Assembly (NCBI GenBank): GCA_035374605.1
Contig: DAOSPG010000002.1
Coordinates: 3,974 to 40,103, forward strand
From: a bacterium
GTDB lineage: Bacteria > Patescibacteriota > WWE3 > UBA101185 > UBA10185
Reading direction: 5' to 3'
Length of the DNA stretch: 36,130 nt
The position numbers and the translations under genes are program-made. Positions 28,772 through 36,130 of this stretch are shown here, piece after piece; the first letter of the stretch is position 1, and every line of letters starts with the position of its first letter. The notes under the pieces were generated by a model. It was given only the letters and a program-made list of their open reading frames with translations. It did no database searches and was not told the origin of the DNA.

Positions 28772-30502
28772 CTATATTGTAATGAAGTGCACTATTACCA
28801 TGGGAGTCATAGAAGTTTCTTTCTTCAAGAATCTGCCTATATCGTTCTCCAATTTTCTTTTAAAATTAGATTGATCTTTCCCCCCAATTTTTGAATTTTT
28901 AATCTTTTTTGATATAAATTTTTTTGATTTTTCCATTAAACTTTTTGAATCTTTAACATATATAAAACCCCTTGTGATTATTTCTAACTTGTCGGCGTAC
29001 ACCTCCCCATCCTTTGAGGCAGGAATAGCAACTACAAACACCCCATCAGAACAAAGTAAATTCCTATCTCTCACAACGAGAGGGTTTAACTCATCAATTT
29101 TATTACTGCTAATGTAAACTTGTTTTGTATCATAATGGCGGCCTTTTTTTGCGTAACCGTTAAAAAACTCCACAGAATCTCCTTCAAGACACTCAAAAAC
29201 TCTATCCCTCGATACACCCATATCTCTAAGCATATTCGTATAAGCCCTCATTTTAGTTATATTTCCGCCAATTGGGATAAAATACTTTGGATTAATCAAT
29301 TTAACCATTCTTTCTATGTCACCCTTAACTGCATGTCCTGACACATGAAGATTATTTTGAATTTCACTGTATATAACTTCGCAATTCCTCAATACCAAGT
29401 TGTTCATTACTTTTTCAACCGTAATATCGGCCCCGGGTGGACTAGGATCAGCAGAAAAAACAACTATAGGTTCGCCTTCTAATCTAATACACTCGTGCTC
29501 ACCCCTGCTTAATCTATCAAGAGAAGATCCCGGTTGACCATAACAACCAGCTATTAAATAAACCAACTCATCCTGAGGATAATTTACGGCTTCTTGTTCA
29601 CTTATAAAAAAATCGCCGGAAAAAGGAAGATAACCAAGTCTTCTTGCAACATCTACCATCTGCTCAATAGATCTTCCGCTTATTACCATCCTTCTGCCAA
29701 TTGTACGGGCTGCGTCCATTATTTGATACATTCTAGATATATTTGAAGACATTGTGGTTACAAAAATTTGTCTTCCAGAAGCTTTTGAAAAAAGTTCGTG
29801 GAAAGTATTTGTTAAAGTGCTTTCTGATTTAGTATGCCCTTCAGAAGTTATACCCAAACAATCAGATATTAGACACATTACACCTTCTTTTCCGAGTTTT
29901 TCCATGGTATCAACATCTGCGGGTTTATCTAAAACGGGATTCTCATCAAACTTATAATCTGCTATATGTAGAAAAAGTCCTTCGGGATTTCTAATTGCAA
30001 ATCCCATGGACTCCGGTATAGAGTGATTAATTCTAAAGGCTGATATTTTAAAACTTCCTAAATCAACAGTTCCGGATTCAGGAGTGAACAGATGATATCT
30101 AAAATTCTTTCCCACTTCACTAAAGCCTTTTTCAGACAATTTTACTTTTAAAAACTCTCCAACCAGCTTACTTGCATATATAGGTATATTAGGAAGCTCC
30201 ATTAATAAATTGGGGACAGCGCCAACGTGGTCTTCATGACCATGAGTAATAAATAAACCTTTTATCTTATGGGAATTTTCAATCAAATAATCAAAGTCCG
30301 GTATCAAAACATCAACACCAGGCATATCAAAGACGTCCGGAAATCCTATACCACAATCAACAACAATTATCTCATCCCCGTATTCATAAACGGTCATGTT
30401 CTTATTAACACTCTCTGTCCCTCCTATCATAATGGTCTTCAAGGGAATTTTTTTAGAACCTTGTGCTTTATTTTCTACTGTATTTTTATCGTAAAAATCC
30501 AT
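28772..30502 (-). CDS. rnj: Ribonuclease J
   Basis: 576 aa. Metallo-beta-lactamase motif HGHEDHVGA, a beta-CASP region and HVSGHA near the C-terminal part. Overall layout is typical of RNase J1/J2. Confidence 0.9.
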   Translation of the reverse strand: MDFYDKNTVENKAQGSKKIPLKTIMIGGTESVNKNMTVYEYGDEIIVVDCGIGFPDVFDMPGVDVLIPDFDYLIENSHKIKGLFITHGHEDHVGAVPNLLMELPNIPIYASKLVGEFLKVKLSEKGFSEVGKNFRYHLFTPESGTVDLGSFKISAFRINHSIPESMGFAIRNPEGLFLHIADYKFDENPVLDKPADVDTMEKLGKEGVMCLISDCLGITSEGHTKSESTLTNTFHELFSKASGRQIFVTTMSSNISRMYQIMDAARTIGRRMVISGRSIEQMVDVARRLGYLPFSGDFFISEQEAVNYPQDELVYLIAGCYGQPGSSLDRLSRGEHECIRLEGEPIVVFSADPSPPGADITVEKVMNNLVLRNCEVIYSEIQNNLHVSGHAVKGDIERMVKLINPKYFIPIGGNITKMRAYTNMLRDMGVSRDRVFECLEGDSVEFFNGYAKKGRHYDTKQVYISSNKIDELNPLVVRDRNLLCSDGVFVVAIPASKDGEVYADKLEIITRGFIYVKDSKSLMEKSKKFISKKIKNSKIGGKDQSNFKRKLENDIGRFLKKETSMTPMVIVHFITI

Positions 30503-30512
30503 TGATATATTG

Positions 30513-31154
30513 TTACAAACCTAACCCCAATTGTCCATCAAAACCCTCGCTGTGTGTCTCCTCCATCTCATTGTTCCCATTATTTTCCAACAACTTTTTT
30601 GCCTTCGCTAACATTTCCGGAATCCGCTCAAAATCTTTTTTAAATTCTGATAAAACACTCGCACTTCTTAGGGCAGCGGCAGGATGGTAAACAGGATAAA
30701 TAAAAAAATTTCTTATTTTGATCAGGTTTCCTCTATCTTTGGAAATTTTTCCGCCGGGATAAAAATAATTCATGGAATACCTTCCTAAAGTAACTACCAT
30801 TACGGGAGCAATAGTTTTCAATTGCAACTCCAAAAAAGGCGCACAAGCAGATATTTCATCCGGTAGAGGTTCTCTATTATCCGGAGGACGGTGTTTTATA
30901 ATGTTACCAATCCAAACATCTTCCCTTTTATAGCCTATACTTTTTATAGAGGAATCTAACAGTTTTCCGGCTCTTCCAACAAACGGCCTTCCCGAAACAT
31001 CTTCATAGAAACCGGGAGCTTCCCCAATAAACACTATTTCTGAGTTTATATTACCCTCCCCGGGGACGGCATTTTTGGAATTTTTATACAATCTACATTT
31101 AGTACAAGATTTTATATTTGCGCTTATTTCATTCATTAACCCTTCTTTTTCCAT
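30513..31154 (-). CDS. Uracil-DNA glycosylase, family 4 (Fe-S type)
   Basis: 213 aa. CTKCRL Cys pair, GEAPGFYED motif (family 4 GE(A/G)PG), and HPAAALR near the C-terminus. Confidence 0.85.
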   Translation of the reverse strand: MEKEGLMNEISANIKSCTKCRLYKNSKNAVPGEGNINSEIVFIGEAPGFYEDVSGRPFVGRAGKLLDSSIKSIGYKREDVWIGNIIKHRPPDNREPLPDEISACAPFLELQLKTIAPVMVVTLGRYSMNYFYPGGKISKDRGNLIKIRNFFIYPVYHPAAALRSASVLSEFKKDFERIPEMLAKAKKLLENNGNNEMEETHSEGFDGQLGLGL

Positions 31155-31165
31155 TTTGCTTCTTT

Positions 31166-32227
31166 CTATTGGGGGAGATAATATTTAAGATTATCAGCTG
31201 TTAGTACAACTTTTTCACTTTTACCTTCAACTATCTCTCGGGCAACCTTCCTACATATAGATTCAAGAGTTCTACTTAAACTCCTTATTCCCGAATCGTA
31301 TCCAAACGGCCTAACTATACCGGGCCAAAGATCAGGGGCTATCTCTAACTCCCCCTCCTTTAAACCGGACTTCTCTATTATTTGAGGCATAAGATAATCT
31401 CTCGCGATAACTATCTTCTCCTGATCAGTATAAGAAGGCATCTTTATTACCTCCATTCTGTCCATTAATGCCGCTGATAAAGTACCTGTGGTATTTGCAG
31501 AGCATACAAACAAAACGTTTGATAAATCAATAGGATAATCAACATAATAATCTCTAAAGGACACATTCTGTTTAGGATCCAGTATTTCAAGCAATATTGA
31601 CATAATATCGGCTCTTAAACCAAGTTCGCCACTAACCTTATCAATTTCATCAAGAAGTATCACCGGATTTTTAACACCTGTCCTTATTAACGCCTTTACA
31701 ATTTGCCCGGGCTCAGCCTCGGGAAAAGCTTTAGCTCTCCCTCTAAGTTCAAATGACGATCCTATGGCTCCCATTGCAATTCTGTCAAATTTTCTTCCTA
31801 ATGTTTCGGCAATAGAATAAGCTAAAGTAGTTTTACCAACTCCCTGCAAACCCACAAGCAAAATGATCGGGGATTTTGATATAGCATCTTTATCCCTTTG
31901 AGTTAAAAGTATTAAAGTAGAAAGATACTCTAAAATTCTATCTTTAACATATTGCATACCGTAGTGATTCTTATCTAAATTCTCTTTTGCTTTTTCTAAA
32001 TCCAAAACATCAATCGTTTCGGAATCCCAAGGTACAGATGTCACCGTTTGAATATATCTGGATAAAGTATCAAACTCCGTAGCATAATGACCCAAATTAG
32101 CCATTATATTCAACCTATCTACCATTTGGTTCAAACGTTCTCTTAGTTCTTCCGGTAAACCCTTGGTACTGCTGATTTGTTTGCTTAACGAATTAAGCTC
32201 TTTAAGTAAAAAATTTTCCTTTTCCAT
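31166..32227 (-). CDS. Lon-family AAA+ ATPase module lacking both the Lon N-terminal domain and the S16 protease domain
   Basis: 353 aa. It aligns by eye with E. coli Lon from about the long helix through the end of the AAA+ module: [24 protein letters not shown] (Walker A), ILLDEIDKV (Walker B), [59 protein letters not shown]. It ends NLKYYLPQ*, exactly where the Lon protease domain would begin. Confidence 0.8.
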   Translation of the reverse strand: [353 protein letters not shown]

Positions 32228-32230
32228 AAT

Positions 32231-33202
32231 TTATTTAATAACCAGATAAGATTTTTCCGAATCCCTAAAACTTTTCATAATTAATCCAAAATCATCGGAA
32301 AGAGTTTCTCTTATAACATTATCAATAACAATATCTGCATCCGAAGTAATTTTCAACATAAAAACCTGCCCTTCGTTTGCAATAAAAGGTTTAGCAGATA
32401 TAAAGAGCGGGTGCATAGAGATATTTTTTGAAATTTCGGATTTAACCATTTTTACTTCTTCAATTAAGGCCGGCTTTGAGGATATCACTAGAGCGTCATC
32501 AACTAAATCAGTAAAAATATTCTCAAATTCTCTTACCTGAAAAGATTTATCATTTGGAAAAACTATTATCACCCAAGAACTGTCAGCACCTTTTTTTATA
32601 TGAAAGGCGGAGTAAGAGGATTTTATGTTATCTCTTAGAATCTCCGAAAGAGTAAAAAACTCCCCTCCCAAGAAACTAAAATAAGAATTTAAAGTAGAAG
32701 CATCGTTAATTTCAATGTAAAAATCAGCATCATAGGGAACATAACTTAAAACATCATTTCTCCAAAAAGGGCCTGAACTTAAATTTAATCCTAGGTACAA
32801 ACAATTATCTTCCGCACTATTTTCTTTCTGTATTTGTACTTCTTTTTGCGCTGTTTCTTCAGGAGAAGATACTGATTTATTTCCAAAGAAATTACTATTA
32901 AAAAATCCCACATCCCTGATCAGAAGAAAAATTAATGCTCCTAATGCCATTACAAAACAGATCGCAACGAAAAGTAAAATTAACTTCTCCTCACTATTTT
33001 TAGTTTGTTTATAATCAGAAGAATTTTTCAAATCTCTATTCTTCTTTTTCTTTTTATCTTCCTTGGAAATCTCTCTATTCTCAAAAACTGAACCTACTGA
33101 TTGAAGTTGAAATTCATTGGGTAATATACTTCCGCAATTTTCGCAAAAGTAAACACTAGCCTGTGTGAGGTTGTAATTACAGAACGGGCAGATTCTTTTC
33201 AT
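32231..33202 (-). CDS. Zinc-ribbon / single-pass membrane protein with an uncharacterised extracytoplasmic domain
   Basis: 323 aa. N-terminal CPFCNYNL...CENCGS zinc ribbon, a Lys/Glu-rich linker, TM segment LILLFVAICFVMALGALIFLLI, then a domain of about 220 aa with no motif I recognise. Its stop lies 3 nt before the Lon-like ATG. Confidence 0.7.
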   Translation of the reverse strand: MKRICPFCNYNLTQASVYFCENCGSILPNEFQLQSVGSVFENREISKEDKKKKKNRDLKNSSDYKQTKNSEEKLILLFVAICFVMALGALIFLLIRDVGFFNSNFFGNKSVSSPEETAQKEVQIQKENSAEDNCLYLGLNLSSGPFWRNDVLSYVPYDADFYIEINDASTLNSYFSFLGGEFFTLSEILRDNIKSSYSAFHIKKGADSSWVIIVFPNDKSFQVREFENIFTDLVDDALVISSKPALIEEVKMVKSEISKNISMHPLFISAKPFIANEGQVFMLKITSDADIVIDNVIRETLSDDFGLIMKSFRDSEKSYLVIK

Positions 33203-33280
33203 CGCATTTATTATAAAGCAGTATTGAAGTAGATTCCAGATTTAACAAAACTTTAAACACAAGAACAGAGCAAACTGTAT

Positions 33281-35509
33281 TTATCTTCTCCCGTACCTCT
33301 CACTGTTAGCATTACCAAATGGTCTTCCGTGTTTATTTTTATCCCCTCTAAAACCATTGCTATTTCTATGGTTGTTCCTGCTTGAGGGAATATAATTAGG
33401 ATCGTCAGCGGCTCTCTTAGAAAGACTAAATTTTCCTTCATCCCCTACATCTATTATTTTAACAGTAATCTTATCCCCAACTTTAAGCCAATCCTTTACA
33501 TCCTTAACAAAATCATCAGTTATCTCACTAATATGGAGAAGTCCTGTTTTTCCCGGCAATATCTCAACTAATGCTCCAAAATCTAAAAGTTCCTTTACTT
33601 TTCCTTCATAAACCTCACCAACCTCTAAATTTTTAGTCATACCTTCAATTATCCTAAGAGCTTCTTCAGCTTTTTCCTTGTCAACAGAAGATATAACCAC
33701 CTTACCATCTTCTTCAATTGAAATCTCAGATTGAGTTTTCTCCTGAATTTCCTTTATAATTTTTCCCCCGCTTCCTATAACCATACCTATCTTCTCCGGA
33801 TCTATATTTATAGTAACAGTTTTAGGAGCATACTTAGAAACCTGAGATCGAGGTTTATCAATTACTTTTTTCATTTCCTTTAAAATAAAAATTCTTCCTT
33901 GTTTGGATTGGTCAAGTATCTTCGGAACTACGTCTATAGGAATACCTTTTACTTTAATATCAAGCTGAATAGCCGTAATTCCCTTTTCCGTCCCGGTCAT
34001 CTTAAAGTCCATATATCCATTAGCGTCCTCTTCACCCGAGAGATCAGTTAAAATTTGATATTTTGAAAAGGAATCGTCTTCAACAATCAAACCCATCGCT
34101 ACACCACTAACCATATCTTTAATGGGCACTCCTGCATCCATTAAAGCCAAAGTTGATCCGCATGTTGAAGCCATTGATGAAGATCCATTACTGGAAATTA
34201 TTTCTGACACAAGCATTATTGTATAAGGAAACTCTTCCTGATCAGGAATAACAGGCCTTAAAGCTTTTTCTGCTATCATGCCATGACCAATTTCCCTAGG
34301 ACTTGGAGCTCCAAATCTACCAACTTCCCCAACACTATAAGGAGGAAAATTATAATAATGAAGATATCTCTTTCTTCTCTCACCGTACATGTCTTGAATC
34401 AAAAGCTCATCGGAAGGAGAGCCTAATGTACATACAGTTAACGCTTGGGTTTCACCTCTTGTAAAAAGAGCGCTTCCATGAGTTCTGGGTAATATTCCAA
34501 CTTTCATCGACAGAGGTCTAACTTCATCTGTCTTCCTCCCATCAATTCTTCTACCTTCATCCAAAACTATTTTCCTCATAACATCTTTTTCGGTTAGTTC
34601 ATAAGCAATCTGCATATCAGATTTTTTGTATGTTCCTTCAAAAGTTTTGAATACTTCCTCCTGAAGATCGTTGAGTTTATCAGCCACATTTTGTTTTCCT
34701 TCTGCTAAACCTTTTTCCTTTAATATCGCTTCAATCTTTTCTTTTGTTATGCTTGAAACAGCTTCAATAATTTCATCTGAAGGAAATCGGGAAACATATT
34801 CGTACTTTTTACCATCGGGATTTATTTCTTTTACAAAACTCTCTATAAAATCATACAGAACATTGGCATTATCCCTTGCAAAGTTAATGGCTTCTAATAT
34901 TTTCTCTTCAGGAAGAATATTTGCTTCTACTTCCGCGGCTAAAAGTCTCTTATCTTCACCAACAAAAGAAACCATCATATCTAAATCACTTTTTTCCTCA
35001 AGATCTTTAAGTGAGGGAGATAACACAATTTCCCCATCAATCATCCCTACTCTTAACGAGACTGCTGGACCATAAAAAGGAATATTACTAGCTTGAAGAC
35101 AAGCAGAAGTTGCAATCATACTGAGAAATTCAGGGTCAGCATCTTCATCCAAAGACAAAACGGTAACAACAATTTGAACCTCATCCATATAGTCTTTTGG
35201 AAATAAAGGCCTTATAGCATGATCTATTGATCTTCTGGCGATAACAGCATCATCAGTTGCCTTGCCGTCTCTTTTAACAAACCTGGAGCTTTTAATACTA
35301 CCACTAGCATAAAGCTTCTCTTCGTACTGAACTCTTAAACCCAAAAAATCAGTTTCAGCGGAAGGTTCTCCCGAAACTGCAGTAACCAAAAGAACGGTAT
35401 CTCCGTACGTGGCCTTAATAGCCATATCGGATCTCAAAGCCAATTCTCCAGTTTCAAATACAAGTTTTCTACCAGCAAAATTAATTTCCTTTGTAACAAT
35501 TTTATTCAT
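33281..35509 (-). CDS. pnp: Polyribonucleotide nucleotidyltransferase (PNPase)
   Basis: 742 aa. Two RNase PH-like domains, then KH (VIGSGGKIIKEI) and S1 (EVGEVYEGKVKELLDFGALVEILPGKTGLLHISE) domains, followed by a basic tail. Confidence 0.97.
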   Translation of the reverse strand: MNKIVTKEINFAGRKLVFETGELALRSDMAIKATYGDTVLLVTAVSGEPSAETDFLGLRVQYEEKLYASGSIKSSRFVKRDGKATDDAVIARRSIDHAIRPLFPKDYMDEVQIVVTVLSLDEDADPEFLSMIATSACLQASNIPFYGPAVSLRVGMIDGEIVLSPSLKDLEEKSDLDMMVSFVGEDKRLLAAEVEANILPEEKILEAINFARDNANVLYDFIESFVKEINPDGKKYEYVSRFPSDEIIEAVSSITKEKIEAILKEKGLAEGKQNVADKLNDLQEEVFKTFEGTYKKSDMQIAYELTEKDVMRKIVLDEGRRIDGRKTDEVRPLSMKVGILPRTHGSALFTRGETQALTVCTLGSPSDELLIQDMYGERRKRYLHYYNFPPYSVGEVGRFGAPSPREIGHGMIAEKALRPVIPDQEEFPYTIMLVSEIISSNGSSSMASTCGSTLALMDAGVPIKDMVSGVAMGLIVEDDSFSKYQILTDLSGEEDANGYMDFKMTGTEKGITAIQLDIKVKGIPIDVVPKILDQSKQGRIFILKEMKKVIDKPRSQVSKYAPKTVTINIDPEKIGMVIGSGGKIIKEIQEKTQSEISIEEDGKVVISSVDKEKAEEALRIIEGMTKNLEVGEVYEGKVKELLDFGALVEILPGKTGLLHISEITDDFVKDVKDWLKVGDKITVKIIDVGDEGKFSLSKRAADDPNYIPSSRNNHRNSNGFRGDKNKHGRPFGNANSERYGRR

Positions 35510-35540
35510 TTTTTAATTTGTAGGGGGTTTGGTATCAAGA

Positions 35541-35595
35541 GGATTAAGACTCAAAATATTATGCACTAAATGCACAATAGCCTGTTTCCTAATCC
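35541..35595 (-). promoter_or_regulatory. Predicted nested stem-loop structure in the pnp 5' leader
   Basis: Minus strand: outer stem GGATTAGG (35595-35588) pairs with CTTAATCC (35548-35541), with one G-U pair. It encloses the hairpin ATTGTGCA-tttag-TGCATAAT (35578-35558). Found by eye; no energy calculation was done. Confidence 0.3.
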
Positions 35596-35615
35596 AAAAG
35601 ATAAGACCCCTTATC
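35596..35615 (-). terminator. Weak hairpin plus U-run just downstream of rpsO (possible attenuator/terminator in the rpsO-pnp spacer)
   Basis: Minus strand: GATAAG-gggt-CTTATC followed by TTTT. It starts about 25 nt after the rpsO stop. The stem is short and AT-rich, so it is at most a leaky terminator. Confidence 0.35.
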
Positions 35616-35640
35616 CAAAATAATTACTACAAAACTGTCC

Positions 35641-35910
35641 TTACTTGGACAATTCCAACTTTTCAATCAGCTGATTATATCTATTTTCGTCCTTTTTCTT
35701 TAAATAAGCAATCAATCTTCTTCTCTTATTCACCATTTGAAGCAAACCTCTTCTGGAGTGGTTATCGTTTTTATGGGTCTTAAGATGTTCCGAAAGTCTA
35801 GCGATACTTTCTGTCAACATCGCTATTTGAACTTCAGGAGAACCCGTATCAGCTTCGTGAAGTCTACTTCCTTTTATTATTTTTGCTTTTTTTTCTTTAG
35901 ATAAAGCCAT
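35641..35910 (-). CDS. rpsO: 30S ribosomal protein S15
   Basis: 89 aa. [50 protein letters not shown]. Confidence 0.97.
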   Translation of the reverse strand: MALSKEKKAKIIKGSRLHEADTGSPEVQIAMLTESIARLSEHLKTHKNDNHSRRGLLQMVNKRRRLIAYLKKKDENRYNQLIEKLELSK

Positions 35911-35924
35911 AATCAGCGATCAAA

Positions 35925-35953
35925 AGTATAACAAACCAAATATAAAAAATCAA
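35925..35953 (-). promoter_or_regulatory. Candidate rpsO promoter (TTGATT - 17 nt - TATACT)
   Basis: The minus strand reads TTGATT ttttatatttggtttgt TATACT, then 14 nt to the rpsO ATG. This implies a very short leader with no obvious Shine-Dalgarno site. Confidence 0.5.
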
Positions 35954-35956
35954 CTA

Positions 35957-36130
35957 TCAAATACCTTTTCTTTCAGAAATACCTCTCAATAAAACTTCCG
36001 CAGTTTTTGAAGATATATTCAAACCCCATTTTACTATCATATTAGTTACTAACAAACTTATACTTTCAAATTCAGGTCTAACGACATTTATATTTCCAAA
36101 CCTTTGGTTTCTTTCAGAGTTGTCAATATT
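35957..36130 (-). CDS. C-terminal end of a DHH-family-like protein (partial; N-terminus lies outside the window)
   Basis: Hand translation of the minus strand: NIDNSERNQRFGNINVVRPEFESISLLVTNMIVKWGLNISSKTAEVLLRGISERKGI* (TGA stop at 35957-35959). It aligns by eye with the NrnA segment KIDHHPNEDPYGDLLWVD..SASSVSEMIYEL....LNTKAAELIYAGIVGDTGRF. Confidence 0.45.
   Translation of the reverse strand, partial: NIDNSERNQRFGNINVVRPEFESISLLVTNMIVKWGLNISSKTAEVLLRGISERKGI

Noticed and set aside
33253-33441. 62-aa ORF overlapping the pnp 3' end
   Set aside because: It is in a different frame from the pnp tail and extends into the spacer. It has no ribosome-binding site and no homology I recognise.
34671-35075. 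134-aa ORF antisense to pnp (and similarly 14885..15274 and 15759..16085 antisense to serS)
   Set aside because: All are nested in well-supported genes. They have Ser/Phe/Leu-rich shadow-frame composition and no independent signals.
1-36130. CRISPR arrays, tRNA/rRNA genes, IS elements, integrases, prophage or known defence-system genes
   Set aside because: There are no regularly spaced repeats, no intergenic gap long enough beyond those examined, and no transposase, integrase or nuclease-helicase defence signatures among the ORFs. The Lon-like and Clp-like ATPases lack the partners seen in known defence systems (BREX and others).
1-36130. Alternative genetic code (UGA recoding) given the AT-rich, reduced-genome look
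   Set aside because: TGA terminates rpsL and the DHH-like ORF at sensible positions. All long conserved genes read through without in-frame TGA, and RF2 is present.

Overview
AT-rich, very tightly packed bacterial chromosome segment: short or overlapping intergenic gaps and no mobile DNA that I can see. It is almost entirely core information-processing genes. On the minus strand: rpoB-rpoC-rpsL-rpsG-fusA (fusA runs off the left edge), lepB, secA, uppP, a small spermidine-synthase-like methyltransferase, serS, then ftsK, RNase J, a family-4 UDG, pnp, rpsO and a partial DHH-like gene at the right edge. On the plus strand: infA-rpmJ-rpsM-rpsK-rpsD-rpoA-rplQ-rplM-rpsI, then radC, a TasA/camelysin-like secreted protein, a SipW-type signal peptidase, a membrane-anchored Clp/Hsp100-like ATPase and prfB. 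TGA is used as a stop codon and RF2 is present, so this is the standard bacterial code. Small proteins, compact operons and this gene content suggest a reduced-genome lineage such as CPR/Patescibacteria; that is inference only, with no search done. I found no rRNA, tRNA, CRISPR array, IS element or integrase. This is mostly an ordinary housekeeping window. The parts worth a second look are: (1) the 20.4-25.3 kb stretch, XRE / RadC / TasA-like + dedicated SipW-like peptidase / membrane-tethered double AAA+ protein that lacks the M-domain, the ClpP loop and both pore-loop tyrosines; (2) a Lon-family AAA+ module with no N-terminal domain and no protease domain, tightly coupled to a zinc-ribbon membrane protein; (3) a degenerate, truncated DHH-like ORF and a structured rpsO-pnp leader. 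All functional calls come from reading the translations and recalling family motifs. None were verified by search.
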